Assembly (NCBI GenBank): GCA_017418445.1
Contig: JAFONM010000003.1
Span: 1 to 50,409 of the forward strand
Direction: 5' to 3'
Source of the DNA: Kiritimatiellia bacterium
Lineage (GTDB): Bacteria; Verrucomicrobiota; Kiritimatiellia; RFP12; UBA1067
DNA: 50,409 nt
Shown piece after piece: positions 1-8,515 of this stretch. How positions within the stretch are numbered: position 1 is the first letter of the stretch; the number at the start of each line of letters is the position of its first letter. The notes beneath the pieces were generated by a model. The model had not been told where the DNA came from. It saw only the letters and a list, made by a program, of their open reading frames with translations, and did no database searches. A program made the position numbers and the translations under genes.

Positions 1-546
1 AATGTGACGACTCTGTGTACACTTTTCCCTCATCCAGAGACAATGATATTAGATACACGAGGGCAGGATGATGTTGATAACTGTTTGGAATGTCTGATGC
101 AGATGAAAAGTCTGCGTAGGCTAGAATTGAGTTGTTACGGGCACAAAGGTCCGTTGAGGAAGGATATGCTTCGGGAGTTTTTGAAGAGTTTGCCTCAATT
201 GGAGAGGTGTAAACTGTCCGTATGGTGCAATTTGGGGCCGCTGGAAAGAGGCGAGCGCAGAGGCTCAAAATATCATGCATTTGAGCTTTCCGATTCCATA
301 GAGAATAATAGTGCGGGCGTTGTTGAGGTCCCTGACTTGGGGGAGTATACGGATGTTACGTTGCGATTGTATTCGCCAACAATTCGCTTCATTGAGTTTC
401 GCCCGTCGTCCGTCAAAGGGAGCGCTGTGCCCGAAGGATTGAAGTCAATGACTCTTAGCCTTCATAATGTCATACCTTCGGGGGAGGAGAGTTTAATAGA
501 TAGCGGTGAATTGCGGTATAGTATCCATATTGATAGAAGTCGTTGA
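1..546 (+). CDS. hypothetical protein, C-terminal part (5' end probably outside window), leucine-rich-repeat-like
   Basis: Frame 1 is open from base 1; the track ORF 4..546 starts at an internal GTG. LxxLxL-like periodicity is visible (SLRRLELSCY, LPQLERCKLSVW). It lies in the low-G+C block. Confidence 0.35.
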   Translation, partial: NVTTLCTLFPHPETMILDTRGQDDVDNCLECLMQMKSLRRLELSCYGHKGPLRKDMLREFLKSLPQLERCKLSVWCNLGPLERGERRGSKYHAFELSDSIENNSAGVVEVPDLGEYTDVTLRLYSPTIRFIEFRPSSVKGSAVPEGLKSMTLSLHNVIPSGEESLIDSGELRYSIHIDRSR

Positions 547-576
547 TTGGAAGCGCCCATAGAGGTATACAGGCGA

Positions 577-707
577 GGCTACAGGGTTACCACAGTAAAT
601 TACCACAGTAGCGGGAGTTTGTGATATACTGTTCAGCATGAGACGTAGCAGGATACATCTTCCAAATCGGTGCTATCACCTGATCAGCCGCGTCGCCCAC
701 CGCGCGC
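577..707 (+). repeat. direct repeat copy 1 (~125-130 bp) carrying a promoter-like box plus the 5' end of a transposase-like ORF
   Basis: GGCTACAGGG...TACCACAGTAGCGGGAGTTTGTGATATACTGTTCAGCATGAGACG...CTTCCAAATCGGTGCTATCACCTGATCAGCCGCGTCGCCCACCGCGCG recurs at 1384..1512 with a few substitutions and one internal indel (by eye). Confidence 0.8.
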
Positions 708-809
708 TTGAGTTTGGAGGATTGCAAGCGGCGAACCGGAAGGGTCGCGCCGCTATGACAAGGAAAACCTACTGTGGCAATTTACTGTGGCAATCAGGTC
801 TGACCCTGT
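581..809. mobile_element. MITE-like / REPtron-like remnant bounded by inverted repeats
   Basis: ACAGGGTTACCACAGTAAATTACCACAGTAG (581..611) is matched in reverse complement by CTACTGTGGCAATTTACTGTGGCAATCAGGTCTGACCCTGT (769..809), with 2 mismatches and a 10-nt insertion. The enclosed segment holds only a truncated transposase-like 5' fragment. Confidence 0.45.
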
Positions 810-850
810 TGGCTCTAAGCGTAAATAACGAAATCGAGGTGCCGAAATGA
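638..850 (+). pseudogene. truncated Y1 (IS200/RayT, COG1943-like) transposase N-terminal fragment
   Basis: MRRSRIHLPNRCYHLISRVAHRA resembles the R-x-x-x-P-x-x-x-YH-[VL]-x-x-R N-terminus of REP-associated/IS200-like tyrosine transposases. The similarity to copy 2 ends after ~23 codons and the ORF is only 70 codons. Confidence 0.4.
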
Positions 851-1275
851 TATTAGGGAAAAGATCGCTTGGAATAGTGTTCGCAGTAATTGCAGGTCTG
901 CTGGTGTTTCTTTGGCCAGTTGTCTGGGCATATGGAAGTCTATTGTATATGACAGTTATGCCAATTGAGAGAGTTGAATTGGTTTCAGGGAGGAATGCGC
1001 TATTTCTGACTCTCATGAAAGGTAGATATTGCTTGAGAGTTTCTGGGGTCAAGTGTGGAAAATCCGTTAATAGTGTTTCTGTCAACGGGCACGTAAAAAC
1101 CTCCACTTCTACCAATGCTGTGAGCAAAGGTGAATGTTTTACATCCAGTGATGCATCATATTGCTTGCGATTTGAATGCAATGGAAATGTAGAACGAGTA
1201 GAAGTTATATTAGACGTCGACTGGCCAACTAATAGTGTGGACGAGGTTTCTGCTGTGGTGTTTCCATGCAAATAG
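847..1275 (+). CDS. hypothetical membrane-anchored protein (142 aa)
   Basis: ATG ORF with an N-terminal hydrophobic helix (LGIVFAVIAGLLVFLWPVVWAY). It has low G+C, no recognisable family, and sits between the two repeat copies. Confidence 0.35.
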   Translation: MILGKRSLGIVFAVIAGLLVFLWPVVWAYGSLLYMTVMPIERVELVSGRNALFLTLMKGRYCLRVSGVKCGKSVNSVSVNGHVKTSTSTNAVSKGECFTSSDASYCLRFECNGNVERVEVILDVDWPTNSVDEVSAVVFPCK

Positions 1276-1383
1276 GATGAATTCGTGAGAATCGGGTGGG
1301 ACTGTATTGAAGCTTGCAAAGCACCATTTTGCGGGTGCATTGTGAAATGTGGTACGGTGGAAATTGCTCGATGAAATTCCTGG

Positions 1384-1512
1384 AGGCTACAGGGTCTGAC
1401 ATGGTTACCACAGTAGCGGGAGTTTATGATATACTGTTCGGCATGAGACGCTGCAGGATAAATCTTCCAAATCGGTGCTATCACCTGATTAGCCGTGTCG
1501 CCCACCGCGCGT
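1384..1512 (+). repeat. direct repeat copy 2 of the 577..707 element
   Basis: Same sequence block as 577..707, including TGATATACT (1427..1435) and an ATG at 1443. Confidence 0.8.
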
Positions 1513-1547
1513 ACTTCCTTGACGAGTGTAGCGCCGAACTCGAATGA
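1443..1547 (+). pseudogene. second truncated Y1 transposase-like N-terminal fragment (34 codons)
   Basis: MRRCRINLPNRCYHLISRVAHRAYFLDECSAELE followed by a stop. It is preceded by the same upstream sequence as the 638 copy. Confidence 0.4.
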
Positions 1548-1557
1548 AGGAGGTATT

Positions 1558-2094
1558 ATGAAAAGGATAAAATCGGTGATTGGCCTGGCGGCGGCATATT
1601 TCGCGGCGTGCTTCGCGGCCGCATCCGCAGGCTACGGCATCTTCGCCGTGCTGTCGTACATGCTGTTCGGCAGGGTAGTCGTGTTCGGCGCGGCGCCCAG
1701 GATGTTCCTCTATCACTGGGAGCATCCGTTCCAGTACATCGCCGTCGCGGCCGCATCGTATGCCGTGGTGGGCACATGCTGGTCGGTCTTCCGCGACGGA
1801 ACGGTCGTCGGCTGGCGGCGATGCGTCCAGATATGGCTCGTGATTTTCGCTTCTCTGGCGCTCGCCACTCCATTCGGAAGCGCGTTGTATTCGTACCACG
1901 ACATGCTTGCCGGTTTCATCCCGTACAATTGGCAGGCGAAACTCGCGAAGGATATCATGTTGGGGTTGGCCAACACGCCGCTCATCATGCTGCTCTCCGC
2001 CCCCTATAGTGTGCTTGGTCTTGTGGCGGGCTATTACATAACCCGCGCGATTGACGGACGCTGCAGGCGTGGAGGGCTCGGTTTTGTGGTATAA
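1558..2094 (+). CDS. multi-pass membrane protein, unknown function (178 aa)
   Basis: AGGAGG lies 6 nt upstream of ATG 1558, which is in frame within track ORF 1495..2094. Several hydrophobic helices are present. The high-G+C codon usage begins here. Confidence 0.6.
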   Translation: MKRIKSVIGLAAAYFAACFAAASAGYGIFAVLSYMLFGRVVVFGAAPRMFLYHWEHPFQYIAVAAASYAVVGTCWSVFRDGTVVGWRRCVQIWLVIFASLALATPFGSALYSYHDMLAGFIPYNWQAKLAKDIMLGLANTPLIMLLSAPYSVLGLVAGYYITRAIDGRCRRGGLGFVV

Positions 2095-2095
2095 T
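2087..2095 (+). promoter_or_regulatory. extended -10 box TGGTATAAT
   Basis: Exact TGGTATAAT overlapping the stop codon of the upstream gene, ~78 nt before the ARH-family start. Confidence 0.5.
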
Positions 2096-2172
2096 GTTCA
2101 CCGCACGGTTGGGCAAAGACAAACCGGGGCTTGTCGAAGGGGGCTGGCTCCACAATGCAAAGGAGGATGGTT

Positions 2173-3459
2173 ATGAGTGCAAAACGTGATCTGGGAACTG
2201 CCATGCTGGCGGTGCTTGCGACCTCCGCGGCCGTCGTCGCCAGCGGAGCCGAGCGGCGGCTTTCGATGGAGGACTACCGCGACAAGATGGCGGGTGCGTG
2301 GCTTGGACAGTCCGCCGGCGTCGCCTACGGCGCGCCTACGGAGTTCAAGACGATCGGTGCAACCATCCTGGACGAGAAGATGCCGACGTGGAAGCCGGAG
2401 ATGATAAACAACACCTTCTCGCAGGACGACATCTACGTGGAGATGACCTTCCTCGACGTCCTGGTCCGGAAGGGGCTCGACGTCACCGCGCGCGAGGCCG
2501 GAATCGAGTTCGCCAACTCCCGCTACCGTCTCTGGTGTGCAAACGCCAACGCCCGCGACAATCTTCGCCGCGGAATCGCCGCGCCCTGGTGCGGACATCC
2601 CCGCTTCCATCCCACGCCATACGACATCGACTACCAGATCGAGGCGGACTACAGCGGAATCATCGCGCCCGGAATGCCCAATCGGGCCATCGCCCTCGGC
2701 AACACCTTCGGGGCGATCATGAACTATGGCGACGGACTCTACGCGGGACAGTTCATCGGCGCGATGTACTCCGAGGCGTTCTTCGCCGACGATCGCGTCG
2801 CCGTGGTGGAAGCGGCCCTCAAGAGCATCCCGGAGGAATCCGAATACGCCGCGATGGTGCGCCAGGTGCTCGCGGATTACCGTGCCAATCCCAAGGACTG
2901 GACGACGGCGTGGAAGAAGGTGACCGGCGAATACTACTACGGCAGGAAGGGCGCACGCTACGTCTCGTGTCCCGAGATAGACGTGAGGCTCAACGGCGCG
3001 TATGTCGTCATCGGCTATCTCTTCGGCGAGGGAGACTTCAGTCGGACGGTGGACATCGCGACACGGTGCGGATGCGACTCTGACTGCAATCCTTCCTCGG
3101 CCTGCGGTGTCCTCGGCGTCCAGCTCGGCGCGAAGGGGATTCCGCCGGAATACACGAGCGGACTCGACAAGAAGGCGAAGTGGGAGTTCACGGACTACGA
3201 TTGGGACGCCCTTGTCGCGGCCTGCGAGGGTTTGGTCCGCAAGGTCGTAGTCGCGGAAGGGGGGCGGGTCGAGCGCGATTCCGCCGGCAGGGAATGGCTG
3301 GTAATCCCCGTTTCCGACCCGCGCCCGAACAAGTTCGAGCCCGCGGACCGTCCCGGACCCCTGCCCGCCGACGTGCGTCTTACCGATGCAGAGATGGCCC
3401 GCATCGGATACCTTCCATGCGGCTGGCAGGGAGCCCAGTCCGAGCCCCGCAGGCGCTGA
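2173..3459 (+). CDS. exported ADP-ribosylglycohydrolase-family protein
   Basis: AGGAGG at 2161..2166 precedes ATG 2173. The N-terminus is signal-like (LGTAMLAVLATSAAVVASGA). ARH-type features include AWLGQSAGVAYGAPTEF, YGDGLYAGQF and the metal-site-like CGCDSDCNPSSACGVLG. Confidence 0.7.
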   Translation: MSAKRDLGTAMLAVLATSAAVVASGAERRLSMEDYRDKMAGAWLGQSAGVAYGAPTEFKTIGATILDEKMPTWKPEMINNTFSQDDIYVEMTFLDVLVRKGLDVTAREAGIEFANSRYRLWCANANARDNLRRGIAAPWCGHPRFHPTPYDIDYQIEADYSGIIAPGMPNRAIALGNTFGAIMNYGDGLYAGQFIGAMYSEAFFADDRVAVVEAALKSIPEESEYAAMVRQVLADYRANPKDWTTAWKKVTGEYYYGRKGARYVSCPEIDVRLNGAYVVIGYLFGEGDFSRTVDIATRCGCDSDCNPSSACGVLGVQLGAKGIPPEYTSGLDKKAKWEFTDYDWDALVAACEGLVRKVVVAEGGRVERDSAGREWLVIPVSDPRPNKFEPADRPGPLPADVRLTDAEMARIGYLPCGWQGAQSEPRRR

Positions 3460-3469
3460 TTCTCGTCCC

Positions 3470-4321
3470 TCAGCAGTTTCCGACGAGGACGCGTGAAAGG
3501 CGGCGGCGGGCGACATCGGCGAGGTGCCGGACGGTTGCGACGGACGTGGGCGCGGCAGCGGCCATCTGGTAGCGGGGGAAGAAGCGCGTCACATGAAGCG
3601 GAATGTCGGGCGAGACGGATTCGATGCGCTCCGCGATTGCGTCGATGTCGCCGTCTGAGTCGTTCCGCCCTGGCACGACCAGCGTCGTCGCCTCCACATG
3701 GCATCCGGCGGAATGAAGCGCCCTGACCGTCCGGCAGACGGCTGCAAAGTCTCCGCCGACCCAGTCGTAGTATTCCTGCGACGGTCCCTTCAGGTCGATG
3801 TTGGCGGCGTCTATGAGCGGCGCAAGCTCCTCGACGACCGAAGCCTCGGCGCATCCGTTCGAGACAAGGACGTTGAGCATCCCCCGCGCACGGACTTCCT
3901 TTGCGCAGTCGCGCACGAATTCCCATCCGACAAGCGGCTCGTTGTAGGTGTAGGCGAGCCCGATGTTGCCGCGTTCGCGCCTGACCCTGAGCGCCAGGTC
4001 GGCAAGCTCCGCAGGCGTCGCGGACTGGTATCGCGCAGAGTCCGCACCGCACTGCGAAATGGAGTCGTTCTGACAGAACGGGCACCGCAGGTTGCATCCG
4101 AAACTGCCGACGGAAAGCACGTTCTCGCCGGGATGGAAAAACGCAATAGGCTTCTTCTCGATCGGATCTAGCGCAATCGACGTTATCTTTCCGTAGTTCG
4201 CCGCGACGACGCGTCCGCCCTCCGCCCTGCGTGCGCGGCAGAAGCCGGTCGCTCCCTCGTTCAGCCGGCAGTGCCGCGGACAAGTCGAGCAGACAGACAG
4301 ACGTGGGTCCTTGTTCTGCAT
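3470..4321 (-). CDS. radical SAM protein, PflA/AmmeMemoRadiSam-type activase-like
   Basis: CNLRCPFCQN is a CxxxCxxC radical-SAM cluster motif. The N-terminus has the Cys-rich CSTCPRHCRLNEGATGFCRAR, and DPIEKKP is present. The start is taken at MQNKDP (ATG at 4319..4321) with GGGAGTG upstream. Confidence 0.75.
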   Translation of the reverse strand: MQNKDPRLSVCSTCPRHCRLNEGATGFCRARRAEGGRVVAANYGKITSIALDPIEKKPIAFFHPGENVLSVGSFGCNLRCPFCQNDSISQCGADSARYQSATPAELADLALRVRRERGNIGLAYTYNEPLVGWEFVRDCAKEVRARGMLNVLVSNGCAEASVVEELAPLIDAANIDLKGPSQEYYDWVGGDFAAVCRTVRALHSAGCHVEATTLVVPGRNDSDGDIDAIAERIESVSPDIPLHVTRFFPRYQMAAAAPTSVATVRHLADVARRRLSRVLVGNC

Positions 4322-4340
4322 ATTCACTCCCATGAGGAAT

Positions 4341-4349
4341 ATTCTACCA
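4341..4349 (-). promoter_or_regulatory. extended -10 box TGGTAGAAT (minus strand) for the radical SAM gene
   Basis: The plus strand reads ATTCTACCA. It lies 19 nt upstream of the minus-strand ATG. Confidence 0.45.
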
Positions 4350-4419
4350 TATTCCCGCACCGAAATCAGACCTGGGATTGCCCCCTACCAAAGTAGGGGT
4401 GGCGTCGTAACGGGCATTG

Positions 4420-4428
4420 TGGTAGAAT
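4420..4428 (+). promoter_or_regulatory. extended -10 box TGGTAGAAT for the GH2-like gene
   Basis: Exact TGGTAGAAT 43 nt upstream of ATG 4472, divergent from the 4341..4349 box. Confidence 0.45.
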
Positions 4429-4471
4429 TGAGGCATACAATTCTGAAATGGTCATTTCGACAGAGGGGACA

Positions 4472-7400
4472 ATGGAGAAAGTGGTAAAACTGGCTATGGT
4501 GGCTGCCGCGCTCGTCGCGGGCTTCGACGCCTTCGCAGCGCCGGACAAGAATGCAGACGCCAAGGTGGAGAAGCTGGCCGACGGTTCGGAGAGGATCAAG
4601 ATCGACCGGAACGGCTGGGGGCTCTACTTCGTCGGGAATCCCGAGAAGTCGAAGGAGACCGGCGACGTCACGCCGGTGAAGCTGTCGTGTCCGAACAACG
4701 ACTTCGGCGGCAGGGTGTCCGGTCCGGACCTGCGCTTCCCGGTCGACACTCCCGACCGGTGGGGAACCTTCGAGTTCGAGAAGACGGGCTGGTGGCTCAA
4801 GGGTCCGCTCTGGGAGCAGAAGCGTGAAGGCTATTCGTTCAAGAAGCCGAAGAAGGGATCGGACGCCTCCTTCGGTTCGCTGTGGGTGAAGAAGACCGTC
4901 GACATCCCCGCGGCGTGGAAGGGCACCATGGTGACGATGGAGTTCGGTTCCATGACGGACGGCGCGGCGATCGTGTTCGTGAACCGCAGGCGCGTCGGCT
5001 ATACGCGCGGCGCGGTGGACACTCTCATCGTCTCGCCGGCGCTCAAGTACGGAGCGCCGAACGAGGTCTTGATCTTCCTCACCTGCAAGGGCTGGGGCAT
5101 CCCCGAGAACATGAAGGGCGTAGTCGCCAAGCAGTACAATCCGAAGGCCGGGGCGGGCGCGCTCAACTTCGACGGCAAGGCCCCGACGCTCGTCTCCGGC
5201 GCCAGGACCCGCATCCTCGACGTCTTCGCGAACACCTCGTGGCGCAGGCACACGCTCACGGTCGAGACCGAGGTGCTGTCCGAGCGCGAGCAGAAGGCGG
5301 TGCTCACCGTCGTCGTCAAGGACGCGGACGGCAAGGTCGTCCACAAGAAGAACTTCAAGGAGAACCTGTGCGCCGGCATCTCGCACCTCAGGCCGGAGAT
5401 TCCGTGGAAGGACCCGATAACCTGGGAGCTCGGGCGCGGCTACCTCTACACGATGGAGGTGACTATCGACGGATCGGAGCGCAAGAAGGCCGTGTACGGA
5501 CCCTTCACCTTCGGATTCCGCGAAGTGTGGGTGGACGGCAAGGACATCTACATGAACGGGCACCGACAGTCGTTCCGCACCGTGTACCACCACCACAACA
5601 ACAGCGCCTACGGCGCGGACTTCCTCCGCCGGATCGGATACAACACGATCCACTATTCGCACCAGCTCCAGAAGGATCCGCAGCTGGACGCGAAGTACCT
5701 GCACACGCTCTCCGAGATGGGCATGGGCTTCATCGCCCCGGCTCCGAACATCCTATACCCGGAGCAGGGGGCCTTCATGAAGGAGCCGGCGCGGCTCGAG
5801 GCGTACGGAATGCTGATGATGGCCAACCTGCGCCGCAACCGCAACGAACCGTGCATCGTGATGTACTACACCGGCGTGAACAACTGCGTCCCCAACTGGG
5901 AGCAGCGTCCCGACTGGCTGGCTGCCGGCAGCCCGGACAGGACCATGGACCGCACCAAGCTCGCGCGCAGGGCGGCGAAGGTCGGGCACCTGTGCAATCC
6001 GAACGTCCTCTTCTTCTCCCACGGCGACGGCAACTGGGCCGGCGACATCGCGAGCCACAACCTCTACATGAACTTCATCCCGATGCAGGAGCGCGAGGAC
6101 TTCTGGAGTGCGTGGGCGACGCACGGGAAGATCCCGTGGCAGGGCAGCGAGTTCGGCCAGCCATACGAGCGGTCGTGGGACATGGGTCCGGGAGTGCCGT
6201 CCGTTCCCGAGTTCCTGGCGGAATACTACGGCGACGAGGCGATCGAGCGCACCGCTCCGCTCCAGAAGTCCGTCAACTTCATCAAGGGCTATCCCGACTA
6301 TCCGCTCGAGGCGCATCCGATGTTCTGGGAGTTCACCTCCAACCTCGTCTGGCGCGTCAACCGCGCGTACCGCGCCGACGGCGGACAGGGCGGGCTCGTC
6401 TGGTTCTATCTCAAGGGCTTCGGCAACTGGGGCGACCGGGTCTACGAGGACTTCCTGTACTACCATCCGAAGGAGACGGACATGGGCAGGCCGCTGCACC
6501 AGTTCAAGGACTTCGTCCAGGGCGAGCCCAGGTGGCTGTGGCCCAGCTACTACGTCTACCAGCTCGGCAACCACGACTTCCTCGGCTACATCGGCGGCTG
6601 GCCGCGGCACACGAACCCGGTGCACGACTACTTCCCCGGCGACAGGGTCGAGAGGCAGATCGTGATGATGTGGGACCGCTACGACGAGCGGACGTTCAGC
6701 TGCGAGTGGACGGCCGCGCTCGGCGGCGGCAGGATCGCCGGCGGAACCGTCAGGAGGCGGCTCGAGTGCAACGTCGTGGCCGGCGAGAAGATCGGGTTCG
6801 ACGCGCCCGAGGTCGCCGAGCGCACGTCCGGCACCATCTCCGCGGTCTTCCGCGACGACGCGGGCAGGGAGGTGTTCCGCGACGAGATCCCGTTCGAGGT
6901 TACGCCGCGTCCGGTGAAGATTCCCGAGGGGACCTTCCCCGCATTCGCCGTCCTCGATCCGACGAACTCGCTTCCGAGCTGGCTGGACGACCTCGGCGTC
7001 ACCGGCTACCGCAGGATCAGTTCGTTCGAGGACCTCAAGGATGGCGACGAATACCTGATCGTCGGCAGGTCCGCCCTCGAGGAGACGAAGATGTCGCTCA
7101 GTCCCGACCGCATCCGCAGGGGACTCAAGGTGATGTTCCTCTTCCAGCCCAAGGCATTCCTGGACGACATGGGCTTCAACAGCGAGGGACGCCAGAGCCG
7201 CGACCTCTTCGTCCGCGACTTCTGTTCGCCCGCGCTCGCCTCGCTGTCGCAGACGGACCTCCACCACTGGCGCGGATGTCCGATGCTCGGGGTGGGGAAC
7301 AGGTGGGGCGAGGACCACGAGTACGGCGGACTCGGCGGCGAGGGGCCGAAGTGGCTCCGGGACTACGCGCTCGCCTGCCTGCTGCCGCGGACCCCGAACA

Positions 7401-8425
7401 TCGTCGGATTCCGCCCGGAGATCGCCGGCGCCTTCAACCTCGAGTACAGCGCGCTCATGAGCTTCTTCGACGGCAGGGGCAAGGTCGTCTACTGCGCGTT
7501 CCAGTTCGAGGACCGCATGAAGGACGATCCGGGCGCCCGCCGCACGGCCGAGGCCGTCCTCCGTCAGTTCTTCCTCGAGAGGGAAGAGCCCGCCGACCGT
7601 CCGGTCGTCGCCCTGGGCGAAGAGGCGGCGAAGCTCCTCGGAATGATCGGCTACCCCGGCGCGAAGGCGCTGTCCGGCGCCGGCGACATCCCGGAGCGCG
7701 CCATCGTCGTCGCCGGATCCGACGCGAACGTCCAGGCGAAGGACCTCGCCGGGGCGATCAGGAAGGGCGCGGACGTCCTCTGCTACCGCAACGAAGGGCT
7801 GGAGGCCGGCTTCGGCGTGAAGCGTGCCGGCAAGGCCCCGACGCCCGCGGACGTCGAGGCCTGGATGGCCAACGATCCGGTCCTCAAGGACCGCGGCGAG
7901 CTCGCCCGCCTCCTGAGCCGCGAGTGGTGCGAAAGCGATTTCTTCAAGAAGCTGCCCTACAGCGTCGAGCCGTCGCCGAAGGATCCGCTCACCCGTGCGA
8001 TCGGACGCGAGATCCTGCACTGGCAGGACTGGCAGGAGATCGCAAAATACGAAATGCCGGAGAAGGGGCGTCTCGCGCTCGGCGGATACGTCGCCGTCAT
8101 CGAGACGAAGGCGGGCGGCTCGATCGTGTGCGCGCAGTTCGATCCGGTGCAGTCCCTGAAGCGTTTCGTGAACAAGTCCGCCGACGGGCAGAAGTGGGTT
8201 CGCGGACTCAATCGTCCCGACCGCATCCGTGTTCCGACGATCTACGCGCGCCTCCTGACGAACATGGGCGCCGCGCCCGATCCGCGCGCGCTTGCGCGCC
8301 AGCTCGTCTACAAGAAGTCCGAGAACTGCGTGAGGCCCGCGAACTTCGAGGAGCTGATGTCCTATTCAGGCTACTACACGCCGGGCGAGGGCTTCGGCAA
8401 CATCTACATCTTCAGGTACTGGTAA
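4472..8425 (+). CDS. exported giant glycoside hydrolase family 2-like protein (1317 aa)
   Basis: GAGGGG precedes ATG 4472 and the N-terminus is a signal peptide (MEKVVKLAMVAAALVAGFDAFAAP). The N-terminal region is GH2 sugar-binding-like (WVKKTVDIPAAWKGTMVTMEFG...VFVNRRRVGY). The barrel-entry motif FGFREVWVDGKDIYMNGHRQSFRTV and the nucleophile-like SEFG are present. It is paralogous to the next gene along its whole length. Confidence 0.6.
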   Translation: MEKVVKLAMVAAALVAGFDAFAAPDKNADAKVEKLADGSERIKIDRNGWGLYFVGNPEKSKETGDVTPVKLSCPNNDFGGRVSGPDLRFPVDTPDRWGTFEFEKTGWWLKGPLWEQKREGYSFKKPKKGSDASFGSLWVKKTVDIPAAWKGTMVTMEFGSMTDGAAIVFVNRRRVGYTRGAVDTLIVSPALKYGAPNEVLIFLTCKGWGIPENMKGVVAKQYNPKAGAGALNFDGKAPTLVSGARTRILDVFANTSWRRHTLTVETEVLSEREQKAVLTVVVKDADGKVVHKKNFKENLCAGISHLRPEIPWKDPITWELGRGYLYTMEVTIDGSERKKAVYGPFTFGFREVWVDGKDIYMNGHRQSFRTVYHHHNNSAYGADFLRRIGYNTIHYSHQLQKDPQLDAKYLHTLSEMGMGFIAPAPNILYPEQGAFMKEPARLEAYGMLMMANLRRNRNEPCIVMYYTGVNNCVPNWEQRPDWLAAGSPDRTMDRTKLARRAAKVGHLCNPNVLFFSHGDGNWAGDIASHNLYMNFIPMQEREDFWSAWATHGKIPWQGSEFGQPYERSWDMGPGVPSVPEFLAEYYGDEAIERTAPLQKSVNFIKGYPDYPLEAHPMFWEFTSNLVWRVNRAYRADGGQGGLVWFYLKGFGNWGDRVYEDFLYYHPKETDMGRPLHQFKDFVQGEPRWLWPSYYVYQLGNHDFLGYIGGWPRHTNPVHDYFPGDRVERQIVMMWDRYDERTFSCEWTAALGGGRIAGGTVRRRLECNVVAGEKIGFDAPEVAERTSGTISAVFRDDAGREVFRDEIPFEVTPRPVKIPEGTFPAFAVLDPTNSLPSWLDDLGVTGYRRISSFEDLKDGDEYLIVGRSALEETKMSLSPDRIRRGLKVMFLFQPKAFLDDMGFNSEGRQSRDLFVRDFCSPALASLSQTDLHHWRGCPMLGVGNRWGEDHEYGGLGGEGPKWLRDYALACLLPRTPNIVGFRPEIAGAFNLEYSALMSFFDGRGKVVYCAFQFEDRMKDDPGARRTAEAVLRQFFLEREEPADRPVVALGEEAAKLLGMIGYPGAKALSGAGDIPERAIVVAGSDANVQAKDLAGAIRKGADVLCYRNEGLEAGFGVKRAGKAPTPADVEAWMANDPVLKDRGELARLLSREWCESDFFKKLPYSVEPSPKDPLTRAIGREILHWQDWQEIAKYEMPEKGRLALGGYVAVIETKAGGSIVCAQFDPVQSLKRFVNKSADGQKWVRGLNRPDRIRVPTIYARLLTNMGAAPDPRALARQLVYKKSENCVRPANFEELMSYSGYYTPGEGFGNIYIFRYW

Positions 8426-8515
8426 TGCAGGGAACATCACTGCCGGCATTTCGGCGCCATCTGGACAGGTAAACACGAAGACGTGCGAACATTCACAGCG
8501 AAAGGCGGAAGACAA

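Noticed and set aside
2098-3516. 472-aa minus-strand ORF antisense to the ADP-ribosylglycohydrolase-family gene
   Set aside because: It is Arg/Gly/Ala/Pro-rich with no recognisable motifs and fully overlaps a plus-strand gene that has clear family motifs. This is the typical shadow ORF of high-G+C DNA.
3470-4321. The radical SAM gene as the core of a RiPP or other natural-product cluster
   Set aside because: There is no adjacent precursor peptide, SPASM-type extra cluster, transporter or modifying enzymes. The neighbours are a convergent ARH-family gene and a divergent glycosidase-like gene. It resembles a stand-alone PflA/AmmeMemoRadiSam-type activase.
4882-8472. 1196-aa plus-strand ORF in an alternative frame of GH2-like gene 1, together with minus-strand ORFs 4385..5704 and 5753..8020
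   Set aside because: Composition is extremely Arg/Gly/Pro-biased, there is no signal peptide or motifs, and the ORFs lie entirely within a gene whose frame shows GH2-like blocks and a paralog. They are frame shadows.
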